From Vicugna vicugna (Eukaryota): a stretch of DNA of 64,000 nt. Under the pieces are notes generated by a model. That model saw only the letters and a list, made by a program, of their open reading frames with translations. It searched no databases and was not told the origin of the DNA. The translations under genes and the position numbers were made by a program. Positions 1-10,745 of the stretch are shown piece by piece. Position 1 is the stretch's first letter. Every line of letters starts with the position of its first letter. The DNA lies in the NCBI GenBank assembly GCA_013265495.1, contig MU059938.1, positions 4,517,175 to 4,581,174 of the forward strand, read 5' to 3'.

Positions 1-735
1 TTAAACCCATTAGGATGAATCGAGAAGACATAATAATAATTGTTGTTTAGGATATGGAGAAGTTGAGACCCTCATATAGAGGAAATGTAACAGTCACCTT
101 GGAAAACAGTCTGGCACTTCTTCAAAAGGTTATACAGAGTTACCACATGACCCATCAATTCCATTCTTAGGTATATACCAAGAGAAATAAAAACACAGGT
201 CCACTAGAAACTTGTACATGAAGGTTTACAGCAGTTTTATTCATAATAATCAAAGTAATCAAAAAGCAGAAGCTCCCCACATGTCTATCAGCTGATGAAG
301 GATGAATAAAATATGGTATGTCCATAAAATGGGGTATATTCAGCAATAAAAAGGAATAAACTACTGACACATGGTACAACATGAATATAAACCTTGCAAA
401 CATCAGGCGAAGTCAAAGCCAGTCAGAAGAGGCCCTTCTTATATAATACAACTATTCATATAAAACGTCCAGAAGAGGCAAAAATGAATAGAAAGTAGAT
501 TAGTGGCTGCCTGAGGCTGAGGTGGGAGAGGGAAGGAGGGAGAAGTAGGATCAGAAGGTAGGAGCTAAAGGGCACAGGGCTTCTTTTGGGGGTGATGAAA
601 ATATTCTCAGCTTCATCGTGGTGACGACTGCACAACTCTGTGAACGTACTAAAAACCATTGAATTAAACACTCTAAAATGAGTGAACTGCTTGGTATCTG
701 AATTATATCTCAATAAAGCTGTTGCAAAGAAAAAG
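1..735 (+). mobile_element. Old L1 (L1MB/MC-like) 3' end
   Basis: Typical L1M 3' text (ccatgacccatcaattccattcttaggtatatacc; tatatctcaataaagctgtt). Confidence 0.8.
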
Positions 736-1274
736 AGTTCAATCAGTCAAACTTCTAAGACAAATATGGCCTTCAGAATACCAGTAGAGTATTCTAGAAT
801 TTTGAATTACATTTAAAACTTAAATTTTTTTAACTTGGTCTATAAATATTTTTCCATACTTCCAGGAATTAGTGCATTCTGATTTTCCATTTTCCTAATG
901 CCTTTTCTCAAGAACCCTTAATTATAATTTTTAATTAAATAAAAATGAACTTCTAAGAAACTATTATTTCATAGTTAGGAACATGAGAAGCTTTCAGCTA
1001 TACAAATGTCACCATGATATCTAGGATTTGCTTTAAAATACTCCAGAAGAAGGGGGGAAAAAGGTAGAGGACAGCAAGGGGATGGAAGAAATGAGATTGA
1101 CAAAAGATTGATAAATGGTCAATAGAGTGATGAATACGTGGGGGTCCTTCTGCTTTTACGTATGTTTGAAATTTTCACAATATAAACTCTGGAAAGACTG
1201 TCACCATTAAGTGCCTCTAATTTGAGTTTTATTTTTTAAATTCCAACTGAAAAAAACAAAAATAATAGTCTTAC

Positions 1275-1409
1275 TTTTGGGTGACTGGAATCCTTTTCTT
1301 CTTGACTATCAGGTCCTTCATAGGCGTTTTCCATCAAAAGTTTCTTGAGCTTCTTTAATTTAGGTCTACATCTTCTCACTTCCCAATAATTATTAGAAAA
1401 ACCAAAGAT
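1275..1409 (-). CDS. DSCC1: DSCC1 coding exon 3 (IFGFSNNYWEVRRCRPKLKKLKKLLMENAYEGPDSQEEKDSSHPK), 135 nt
   Basis: Hand-translated (absent from the ORF track). Acceptor tttttgtaatttctag|ATC, donor AAA|GTAAGA; continues the DSCC1 protein in frame. Confidence 0.96.
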
Positions 1410-3537
1410 CTAGAAATTACAAAAATATAACCTTTTAGGGGCCATTCTAAAAGAAAATTGCAATATAAAATTTCAACCAACCCACCCGCCCTCAACAAGA
1501 AGCAAGAAAAGGGAGCCAAGGTATTCTGCTTTCTGTGGAGAAGGCACTCATCCAGCTTTCTCAAGGAGATGGATGGTTGTCTTCTAGAAACACTTTTTTC
1601 AAACCCCAATTAAGAAGACACTGCCAATATAGCGAGAATGGATAACTGAGCTCCAAATCTCAAACATACTCTGGAAACTAGAGTAAAAAAAATCACCAGG
1701 ATGGTGACAATCCTAGTAGAAACAGGCAAACCACGGAAACAACAGAAACGGAGTATCTTTAGGGAAAAAAAAAACTTTTAGGCTAAAAAACAAAATAGAG
1801 ATGAGACATTACCACAGTCTTCAAATAATGAAGGGATGTTAAAGGAAAGAGGGGGTACCCTTGCTGGGTGTTGCTCTTGACGTCAAAATTAAGAAGTTAA
1901 GGAAGAGAGACTTCTATTCAGTGCAAGAACTGCCTGCTATTTAGAATGGCAGCTAATTCCTTATCGGACTCGTGAAAGAGTTAGAGGCCTATCACTTAAG
2001 GAAATCCAGTGGGGGATAAATACCCGTTCTCCCTCTCTGTATCTCTAGGACTTGCTTGATATCTAGCACTTGGTAGGTGCCCAATAACTGTTTCACATGA
2101 AAAAAGGCTGAAATGAATTATCTCTGGGGTGCCCTCCAACTCGAAAATGAAAGGCCAGGGGATGCTTCTACTCTCAAACTGGTCTAAGCTTTGATTGACA
2201 AAACAAGGACCAGATGGAGCCAGATACTGCTGAATCTGAGGGCTTCAAAGCAAAAACTTAAGGACCAGAACAGAAAGATTGATTTCATCCACCGTTCACA
2301 AACAGCAGCCTGCTGGCATGTCTATCCAGTGCACAGATGCTGGTGTGTGCTTTTGTGCTGGGAAGAAGGGAAGCTCAGTATAGAGTTTAAATTAGTTCCC
2401 AACATTGAAAAATAAAGAGGTTTTGCCCCCAAAATCTAAATTTTAAGCTTCATTTGGAAAAAAAGATACCAGAAGATCTGGCAGTGCTGAGCCTGCTTTC
2501 CCCACAAGGCCAAGAAATGACCACTCACCTACTTGGGGCTTGGGCACTCCAATTTGCCACAGATCCCACCGTTCCCTGTTACTCCTGGGACTGGGTACCC
2601 ACTGCCACTTAGCAATGCCAGCCTGCTTTGCTCGTGTGCATTCCTGACCTAACCTTTTTAGGCAACCACAGATTAAAACTTCAGTTAGTAGGTCTTTAAG
2701 TTTTTCTCAGCACCAGTCCACAGAATTCCTACGAGAGCTCAAAGGTACTCACAGATGTTTTTATAACCTCACAAAACAGGTACGTGAAAAAATAATATCT
2801 TTTACAAAAGGACGAACCACCAATATTTCCAGTTAATCACGATGAAAGATGTAACACTACAAAAACCAAATACAATATTTACTTCAAGTTCTTCTGTTCT
2901 AGCAACATCCTATGAATCACTGAAATGTCCCAATAGTTTCACTCATTTCTATCCCAATTTTGTTTTTAGGAAATACTTGGCCTAAAGTTGCCCTGATAGA
3001 ATTAAGGGCTGTGCTTTGATTGTATAGATGTAACAATCTAGCCAGGATGGAGACGTTTGTTTGTTATCTGCCATCAGTAGTCTCCAAAATAATTAAGAAT
3101 TTGTTATCCATGGCTATAGGTGGTAATAAACTAAACCAACTTCAAAGGTGAGAAATACACTTCCCTCAAAAACTCAATGTCTTCATTTCTCTACCTGATC
3201 TAATGCACTAGTTATGGTTTGAGGAAGTCTCCTTTCAAAACCTACCCACAGCAAAACTGATTGAAAACAGGTAAAAGTTTTAGAATGAGTCACCTAATAG
3301 GAGATTTTCAGAAATTGGTCAACTCATCTGGGACTTAAAAATCAAATTGGGAAAATAAAGACAACTTTTTACAAGACTCCACACAAACAAACAGTAACGC
3401 TGAGAAATTTCAGATTTCACTGGAGACCTTTTCAGACTCTCTGTGATTATACATTTAACACCTGGAGTCTTTAATGAAAGGCAAGATGAGCACATGTGTT
3501 TTCATTCTCACATAAATCAGGAAACAGAAGACAGTAC

Positions 3538-3706
3538 CTCAGTGTGAATAATGTTACAGTGCGTTTCTTCCATCTGCAGCTGGTCTGGAGTTTTACAACC
3601 AGGAATAAAAAGCAACATATTGGAAGTGTCTGCGATTTTCAAGTCATAGGTTTTGTCTCTGCTGCACAGCACAGCCTGCTCATCTTTATCACCACGAATC
3701 ACAAGA
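3538..3706 (-). CDS. DSCC1: DSCC1 coding exon 2 (LVIRGDKDEQAVLCSRDKTYDLKIADTSNMLLFIPGCKTPDQLQMEETHCNIIHTE), 169 nt
   Basis: Acceptor ttttcctgcag| and donor GAG|GTACTG. Exons 1+2 total 348 nt, giving phase 0 into exon 3. Confidence 0.97.
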
Positions 3707-4065
3707 CTGCAGGAAAATGGGGAAACAAAATACATGGTTTATTGAGACAATAATGGATGTCTTCATTATAAACGGCTCCAAAATCCTCTAGGCTTGTAGG
3801 ATTTAAAACTGAGTCTTGAGGCTCTGTCTGGTCCCTGCTTTCACAGTCCTTGCACAGTGATGGTCTTCACAGGGCAAGGACTGAGCCAACTAAGAGCCAG
3901 AGGGGCACCAGGTGGCCTCATTAAGGAAAAATCATTCAACACGGGCAAAAAACATCTAAAGAGGCCGGATGTCACATGGTATCTTTGTGCAAACTGCTGG
4001 GAAGCGTACAAAACAAAACATCCGGAAGCTTCAGTCAAGATGTCTGTTTTCTAATATGCTAAAGC

Positions 4066-4205
4066 AATACTTCTCAAACTTACGCAGGCACCTTAAGGAA
4101 TCTTGTTAAAAAGCAAATGGGATTCAGTAGGTCTAGGATGGGACCTAGGATTCTGCATTACTAACAAGCTCCCAGATGATGACCGTGTTGTTGGTCCTGG
4201 TACCA
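4066..4205. mobile_element. MER5A-like hAT-Charlie MITE
   Basis: Recognisable motifs: cttctcaaactt, gaatcttgttaaaa, gattcagtaggtct, aacaagctcccagatgat. Confidence 0.7.
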
Positions 4206-4307
4206 TCCAGGAGTGGTCCTTCTTGTCTTGTCCTGAGTATTACCTAACAATCAAAAGAGCACATCCTGGTTTAACCATCACTTATGCTGTAAAGAAACTG
4301 AGACTTT

Positions 4308-5062
4308 GAGAAAAGACAGCTGCTTGTCCATCTCCTCTAGGTTATCCAGTTTGGTTCCATATAGTTTTTCATAATATTCTCGTATGATATTCTGTATTTC
4401 TATTTTGTTTGTTGTAATTTCTCCATTTTCCTTTCTTATTTTGCTAATTTGTGCTCTCTCTTTTTTCTTCTTTGTGAGTTTGGCCAGAGGTTTGTCGATT
4501 TTATTTACTTTTTCAAAAAACCAACTNNNNNNNNNNNNNNNNNNNNNNNNNNNNNNNNNNNNNNNNNNNNNNNNNNNNNNNNNNNNNNNNNNNNNNNNNN
4601 NNNNNNNNNNNNNNNNNNNNNNNNNNNNNNNNNNNNNNNNNNNNNNNNNNNNNNNNNNNNNNNNNNNNNNNNNNNNNNNNNNNNNNNNNNNNNNNNNNNN
4701 NNNNNNNNNNNNNNNNNNNNNNNNNNNNNNNNNNNNNNNNNNNNNNNNNNNNNNNNNNNNNNNNNNNNNNNNNGGGGGGCGGGGTAGAGGGTGGGAAGGG
4801 ATAGACTGGGATTTCAAAATTGTAGAACAGATAAACAAGATTACACTGTATAGCACAGGGAAATATACACAAAATGTTATGATAAATCACAGAGAAAAAA
4901 ATGTGACAATGAGTGTGTATATGTCCATGTATGACTGAAAAATTGTACTGAACACTGGAATTTGACACAACACTGTAAAATGATTATGAATCAATAAAAA
5001 TGTAAAAAAAAAAGAATAAAAGTGATTAAACTTTTTAAAAAAAAGAGAGAAAAGACAGCTGC
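4308..5062. mobile_element. Young L1 insertion: inverted ORF2 fragment (4324-4526, minus), gap, then 3' end with poly(A) (4774-5013, plus), bounded by a 16-bp TSD
   Basis: The minus strand translates to L1 ORF2 ([16 protein letters not shown]...[19 protein letters not shown]). GAGAAAAGACAGCTGC occurs at 4308-4323 and 5047-5062. Confidence 0.88.
4527..4773. other. N gap (247 nt)
   Basis: Run of n inside the young L1. Confidence 1.
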
Positions 5063-5334
5063 AATACTGAATACAAATATTTAAATGATATATTTACAAA
5101 CGAGGCTAAATGTCTCTAACAAAGGGTCACAGGTAGAGAAAAGCAAGAAGGTAAAGGGGAAGATAAAAGTGGAAGAAGAAAAACTAATGATAAAGATGAT
5201 GGAGATGACAAAAAAGGAGTTGATTCTATTTTTCCTTGTCTATATTTTATCCTCTATACACAATTCACTTCTCTTAATAATTAAAAACCTGAAATAGAAG
5301 ACTGTAAATATTTTTTAAAACTAAACCTTCATTA

Positions 5335-5480
5335 GAGGGAGGGTATAGCTCAAGTGGTAGAGGGCATGCTTAGCATGCGCGAGGTCCTGGGTTCAATCCC
5401 CTGTACCTTCTTTGAAAATAAGTAAATAAACCTAATTACCTCCCCGTACCCAAAAGAAAAAACAAAAACAAAAACAAAAA
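5335..5480 (+). mobile_element. Vic-1-type tRNA-Ala-derived SINE
   Basis: tRNA-like head (tatagctcaagtggtagag...cttagcatg...gggttcaatccc), cctaattacctcc tail and A-rich end; imperfect TSD aaaactaa(a/g)ccttca. Confidence 0.85.
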
Positions 5481-6007
5481 ACTAAGCCTTCACTTAAGTG
5501 AAAAGAATAAAAGGGTTTTCTTTTCTTTTCTTAATTTCTTGGTCCTAAAAATTTAATAGTCCCAAGTACCTACTCTTCAACATTTATTTCTACACTGCTT
5601 TAATATTTTGTTTAAAACAACTGTCCCTTCCTCCAGCAAGAAAAATTTTAAAACACACGCTTTTCAGGCCCTTCTGGTTTTTGCCAGCTAGATTAACTAT
5701 AAAAGCGGACAAAAAAAGTCCTCACACCCGAAGTCTTTTCTCAAATTTCTGCCAACTCATCTGGGACAAAAACCCATGAGTGAGGTTCTCCTTTAGTTCC
5801 CTTAAAGATGCTAAACTATAATACTGTTAGGTGAGTAAAGTAGGAAAACTGAAAGCCTGAAAGATTCAAAGATTACAAGAGAACAAACTAATAAAATACA
5901 GGTGTTGGAGGAACAACAGTGGAGAAGAGAGCTAAACCAGAACCCTCAGTATCTCACTTCCAGGGACTGCACAAGGTTGAGAGAGAATGGACTTCTCCTA
6001 TGACTGT

Positions 6008-6158
6008 TTCTTTTTGTTTGGGAGGGAGGTAATTAGGTCTGTTTATTTATTATTAGTTAATTTTGGGTTTTTTTTTTTTAATGGAGGTACTGGAGGTTGA
6101 ACCCATGACCTCCTGCATGCTAAGCACACACTCTACCACTGAGGTATATCCCCACTCC
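6008..6158 (-). mobile_element. Vic-1-type SINE
   Basis: Reverse complement of the same head and cctaattacctcc tail. Confidence 0.85.
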
Positions 6159-6739
6159 GCCGACTCTGTTTTTTAACCCATGGTCTTGCAGCAAATGGGT
6201 AGCTGACCTGGAAACAGAAAGAAACAGCTTCAGATCCCCACTGAGTGACGTGACCCCCAAGCAAGTGGGGTTTTTTAAGGGCCTTACATAATTACTTCCG
6301 TAAAAACGGCTTTAAACTTATTTAAACAGTCCTACCTATTGTCTGAGTGAACTAAATATAAGTGGAAGGCAAAGGAACTCTGTAAATACCAGATATTACT
6401 GTTGGACTTTAAGGTAGAATGGCAGTGTCCTGCGCAGTCCCTAGCCTCACTGTTAACATCTTCAAAACTTCACTGAGGTTCTATTTCCTGACTTGTTTCC
6501 GCCGACAGGCCTCCAAGGTCAGCTGCACCAAGTCCTATTTTATCTCCTCGGTCCAGCTAACCCAACAGACTAGCAGGGGTGGGGACTCTTCGGGAAAAGT
6601 AGCGAGCGCGCTGGACTGTGAGGCCCCTAGTCAAATCAATGCACTTCTCTGTCCCAATTTCCCCATCCTGTTTCCTCGCAGCAAAATCAGAAGGTGGCTG
6701 GCAGGAGGCTGAGGGAGGCAGACCCCGGCCTGGGCTCAC

Positions 6740-6918
6740 CTGTGTCCCGCCTCCAGCTGCTCGCACAGCGCGGGCTCCAGCTCCAGCAGGCAGAAGTCGC
6801 CGGCGGCCGCGCTGGCCCCGGGGCCGAAGCCCAGGCAGTGCACGGTGGGCAGCAGCTCGGCCGCGTTCAGCTTGGCGATCTGGAGCGTCGCGTCCACCTC
6901 CTCGCGGGTCCTCCTCAT
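6740..6918 (-). CDS. DSCC1: DSCC1 coding exon 1 (MRRTREEVDATLQIAKLNAAELLPTVHCLGFGPGASAAAGDFCLLELEPALCEQLEAGH-S), 179 nt
   Basis: Translation matches the mammalian DSCC1 N-terminus as I recall it. ATG at 6918-6916, donor AG|GTGAG after 6740; phase 2 joins exon 2 (AG+T = Ser). Confidence 0.97.
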
Positions 6919-7039
6919 CGCTGGTCGGGGTCGGGGCGGGGGTCCCGCCGCGCCGGGGGCCGCAGGTTTAGTTAGTGCCGAAGAACCAAGCCCCCGGAGT
7001 TGTCAGGACCCTGTGAAACGTACACAAGAACCGGACTGT

Positions 7040-7054
7040 TTCAAAAGCGCGCGC
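7040..7054 (-). promoter_or_regulatory. CDE/CHR tandem (GCGCG-cgct-TTTGAA on the minus strand)
   Basis: CHR TTTGAA at 7045-7040, 4-nt spacer, GC-rich CDE; about 120 bp upstream of the ATG. Confidence 0.55.
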
Positions 7055-7301
7055 AGACGGCCGGGGGCGTGTTTCCGGGGCGGAGCGCGCCGCGGGGGCG
7101 TTCCCGGGGCGGTCCGCAATCTTCCCCTTGGCTCGTACCCGGCCCAGGCCTGGGCACCCCAGGCGGAGCCGCGGCTGCTGGAAGAAAACCCGGCTTCCAC
7201 GAGGCTGTCTCAGCGGAAGCTCGCAGGAGCCGGGCTGCGACCCCGCGGGGCGCCACGTAGAACCCTCTCCCACCCCTTCCGCTGCCCTCCTCCCCGCCCA
7301 G

Positions 7302-7312
7302 TTTCGCGCCAA
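7302..7312 (+). promoter_or_regulatory. Canonical E2F site TTTCGCGCCAA
   Basis: Matches the classical DHFR-type E2F element, about 390 bp upstream of the DSCC1 ATG. Confidence 0.7.
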
Positions 7313-7699
7313 TACCCGCATTTCCTCGCCATCAAAATAGTCTCATCTTCTGCTAGCGGTGGGCCCTGTGATAAGCACTTTGCAAGCATAATTTCCTAAG
7401 TCCTTCACCACAACCCTGTGAAGTGGGCCCTTTTAAAATCCGTTTTGAAAATGAAGAAGCAAACCCCTGAGCCAGAGTGCAGGGCCAGGAGGTCGTAATA
7501 CTGATTTCAGCCTAGTCTGTTATGGCTCTGAAAACATCCGGCCGGGTTTGCGTAAACACCTTGGACCCGGAGCGAAGCCCTAGTAGAACTGGACAGAGCA
7601 TCTCACTTCTTGCGGTCTGGGGACCATCCGTCGTGTCTGGGCGTCTATGGCTTGGACTAGGTCTGTCCATTCACTGAGTACCTACTCTGTGCTAGGTGG

Positions 7700-8860
7700 T
7701 AGGTGAGGGGCTGAGAGTTCAAAAATAATGATGAGGGGCCCTGGGTTTGAGAAATAATTTTTGAGATTAAATGGACAACAGTGGCTATTTGATTATACAG
7801 GGGGAGTAAGGGAGGGGAAAGAATGAAGGATGAATTCTAGATTCCTGCAACAGTAACTTCATTTCCGGTCATTTACAACACATTGTAGGAAGGATAGGAA
7901 TAGATTTGGGGTGAGATGAGTTCTGGTTTTGATATGTGGAGACTGAGTTGCTTTGAGAATATACATATGAGGAGATGCCTTGAAGCTGGACCTAGAACTT
8001 GGGAGTTTGAATAAAGGTCTGGCCAGGAGCTAAAAGATAAAGCTTTTAAATGCATATATATATGGCGATTACAAGAGTACCAGTGAATGAGGTTGAACCT
8101 GAGCCTGTGGGACCTTCCTGGGGACAGACCCCCTCCCCACCTCTTGTTTATAGAAAAGCTTTAACCTCCTAGGCCTTCCCTGAGTTCCAAAGAGCAAACT
8201 TAATCAGAAAAGTGAGACATCACAGAAACAAAGGAAAACAGTCAAGCAAGACACAATAATAATACTTACGCCATGAAACAATGTCAAGGACCTTTAGTTT
8301 CTCTTCAAGGGCTACAGATAATATCCTGAGGGCATATCCTTGAGTTGTTTTGCAGAGACTAAAACCCCCACAAGGTGGAAGAAATTAACTGCTGACCACA
8401 GGTACGTAGACCCCAGACCGATTGGAACAAGAAAGTTGATGTTGACTTCTGAAATAACTCCAGGGACCTCACTGCCATTCAGTCAAAAGAACTGTGCATG
8501 AGCTGATCACACACCCTAAGACTCGCTTCATACTGTCTTTAAAAGCTGTTCCCTGAAAGCCATCAGGGAGTTCAGGACTTCTGAGCACACGCTCCCTATG
8601 CTCCTTGCTCAGCCCCATGCTGGGCACCTTGCAGTAAAAGCTATACTGTTCTTCACCCCAACCTGGTGTCAGCAGATTGGCTTTGCTGTTCACAAGCAGA
8701 CTCAAGTTTGGTTTGGTAGCAAGATCACCCAGAGAGGGTGTGACATACAACTAAAAACTGGACTAAAGGTGAAACCTCACCAAATATTTGAGGTGGAAGA
8801 CTTCAAAGAAATACCTCCCTGGAGGAAAGAAGTGCACATGGTAGAAGAAACAGAACACCC
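7700..8860 (-). mobile_element. L2 fragment interrupted by an LTR
   Basis: Degenerate L2-like purine-rich text on both sides of the 8084-8721 LTR (...gatgagttctggttttgatatgtgg... / agatcacccagagagggtg). Confidence 0.55.
8084..8721 (+). mobile_element. ERV1 solo LTR (MER41-like of cetartiodactyls)
   Basis: TG...CA termini, U3-type text, AGTAAA signal near the 3' end and no flanking internal sequence. Family assignment is tentative. Confidence 0.65.
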
Positions 8861-8867
8861 TAGCACA

Positions 8868-8986
8868 GTGGGAGGTATAGCTCAGTGGTAGGGCGCATGC
8901 TTAGCATGCACAAGGTCCTGGTTCAATCCCCAGTACCTCGATTAAAAATAATAAACCTAATTACCTCCCACTCCGAAAGAAAAAAA
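8868..8986 (+). mobile_element. Vic-1-type SINE
   Basis: ggaggtatagctcagtggta...cttagcatgcacaaggtcctggttcaatcccc...cctaattacctccc plus an A tail. Confidence 0.85.
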
Positions 8987-9161
8987 CACAGTAGTGTGTG
9001 TCTTGGAAACCACATTACCTTATATTTACTTAAAAATCACTTCAGATAAGGATGTTCTAATTCACAGCAAGATTTATTTCATTCTATGGGAAATGCTGTA
9101 GTTTAGATTTTAACTTCACATCCTTTATTAAATTTTTTAGGCTTTGCAGTTAGGATTTTTC

Positions 9162-9175
9162 CCACTAGATGGTGG
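9162..9175 (+). promoter_or_regulatory. CTCF-like core CCACTAGATGGTGG with upstream TGCAGT
   Basis: 13/14 match to CCASYAGRKGGCRS; TGCAGT ends 11 nt before the core. Confidence 0.5.
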
Positions 9176-9384
9176 TGTTGTTTCATGTTTTACAGAGTAG
9201 CCTGCTTTCCCCTTTTCTCCACTGCCTTAAAAAAGAGGAATATTTTTATTTACTGAGTCAGGCACTGAACTGTGTAACCAATATACAATATCTTCTGCTG
9301 TCTTTGCAATAATATAAGTCAGAGCATGGCATTCCTCTCTTCAAAATCTGCCAATGGGATTCTGATCACCTTCAGAATAAACCC

Positions 9385-9963
9385 TGTCGACTCAAAGAAA
9401 AATATGCAATGTGAGAGTGTGAATTTCAGTTTTATTCAGGATCTTAATAAGGACTAGCACTTGGGAGATAGCCACTCAGTTAGCTCTGAGGAGGTAGGGG
9501 AGAAACCAGTTTGTATATGATTTTTGGCCAGGAAACACGTGCAGTCAAGCATACATCTTGGTAATAGTTTACTGCTAATCACAAAGAACAGATATCTCAA
9601 GTTAATGAATTTAGTGCGTTTCTATGTATGGGAAGATGCAAGAATCTGGGGTCATTGAAATTCTTCCTGAGAAATGTATCTACCTGCCTAGGGGCCTGCT
9701 CATCCAAAGCATAGAATGCCTCCTCTTATATTTCACCCTGGACTCTTTTCAGGGTGCACTGTCATTAGTTAACTACAGTGGGTTATGACTTAACCCATGT
9801 GGAACCAGATGATGAGCATTGCTCTGTGTCCTAGGGATCTTTTTTTTTAAGTGGAGGTACTGAGGATTGAACCCAGGACCCCGTGCACGCGAAGCATGTA
9901 CTCTACCACTGAGCTATCCCCACTGCCACCCCTGTCCTAGGGAATGTTAATTTTTCTGGGTAC
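9385..9963 (-). mobile_element. ERV1 (MER4-group-like) solo LTR, minus strand, containing a SINE
   Basis: TGT...ACA termini, AATAAA at 9436-9431; homologous to 12538-13015. Confidence 0.7.
9838..9932 (-). mobile_element. Short Vic-1-type SINE nested in the LTR
   Basis: tRNA-like head plus poly(A); TSD TGTCCTAGGGA at 9827-9837 and 9933-9943. Confidence 0.85.
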
Positions 9964-10099
9964 ATAGCCTCCAAATCCGTATCAAGGCTGATAAGACCCA
10001 TAAGATCTCATACAATCTCCACCCTCACCCGACCCTCCTTCACCCAGGTGCCCCTGCTAGTCTAACTTTATAGGAGGCACTGCTGCCTTGGGGCTCCTT

Positions 10100-10745
10100 T
10101 GTTTTTAAATCAACCTTATTGAGATATAATTTAAGTAAAATAAATTGCATCCATTTAAAGTGTATAATTTAAGGATCTGACAATTTTACACACTGGTAAA
10201 ATCACCACCACAATGAAAATGCAGAACCTTCTTATTACTTAACAATTGGTTCTCACAAGCCAGTGCACACTGGCTCCAGCATGTTACTGATTATAAACCC
10301 AACAGATGTTAGAACTATAAAAGCAAAGTGTTATAATTTTGCTTTGAACCATCATGTGTATTTTTTGAATTAAGAGAAAAGAATCACCTTAATATTTTCC
10401 CATGTATGTGCCATTTATTATGCTCTTTATTCTCTCCTAAATTCTGAATTTCCTTCTGGTCTCATTTCCATTCAGCATAAAGTATTTCCTTTTGCATTTC
10501 TTACAGTGCAGATTTCCTGGCAACAAATTCTACTGGTGTTATTTTATCTCAAAATGCTTTCATTTCACTTACATTCCTGAAGGTCATGTGCATGGAATAT
10601 AGGACTCTGTTTTTACAGCTTTTTCTTTCAGCCCTTTAACAGCTTATTCCACTGTGTCTGGCCTCCATCGTTTCTGATGAAAAGTCCACTTTTCTTGAAC
10701 AGTTGTTTCTCTAAATGTGGTATGTTGTTTTCCTCTATCTGATTT
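10100..10745 (-). mobile_element. Old L1M fragments
   Basis: Antisense L1MB/MC 3' text (ttattgagatataattt...aaattgcatccatttaaagtgtata). Confidence 0.65.

Larger units (their letters stand above)
6700..7340 (-). promoter_or_regulatory. DSCC1: DSCC1 CpG island / promoter
   Basis: Very GC- and CpG-rich block over exon 1, with GC boxes (ggggcgtg, ggggcgg) and CCAAT at 7309-7313. Confidence 0.9.

Noticed and set aside
1878-1885. Perfect CRE TGACGTCA in DSCC1 intron 2
   Set aside because: A single 8-mer far from a promoter with no supporting context.
3844-3883. 10-bp hairpin (cagtccttgc / gcaaggactg) containing CAGTGA, resembling an IRE
   Set aside because: CAGTGA is not in an apical loop with a paired 5-bp stem and C bulge; it is also intronic and antisense to DSCC1.
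4278-4968. ORFs of 112-192 aa around the first gap (likewise at 37765-38034 and 54080-54358)
   Set aside because: Their length comes from N runs; the only real coding signals are the L1 ORF2 fragment and DEPTOR exon 2.
5335-5412. tRNA-Ala(AGC)-like sequences (also at about 6080, 8870, 9850, 21985, 26360, 33720) as real tRNA genes
   Set aside because: The copies differ from each other, have broken stems, and carry a shared non-tRNA tail, A-rich ends and TSDs. They are SINE heads.
6236-6276. 7-bp stem followed by T6, resembling an intrinsic terminator
   Set aside because: Mammalian intron, long loop, no Pol III promoter nearby; expected by chance.
6618-7399. Long ORFs (184, 117, 117 and 93 aa) across the DSCC1 promoter
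   Set aside because: Same CpG-island artefact; only the minus-strand 6740-6918 frame is a real exon.
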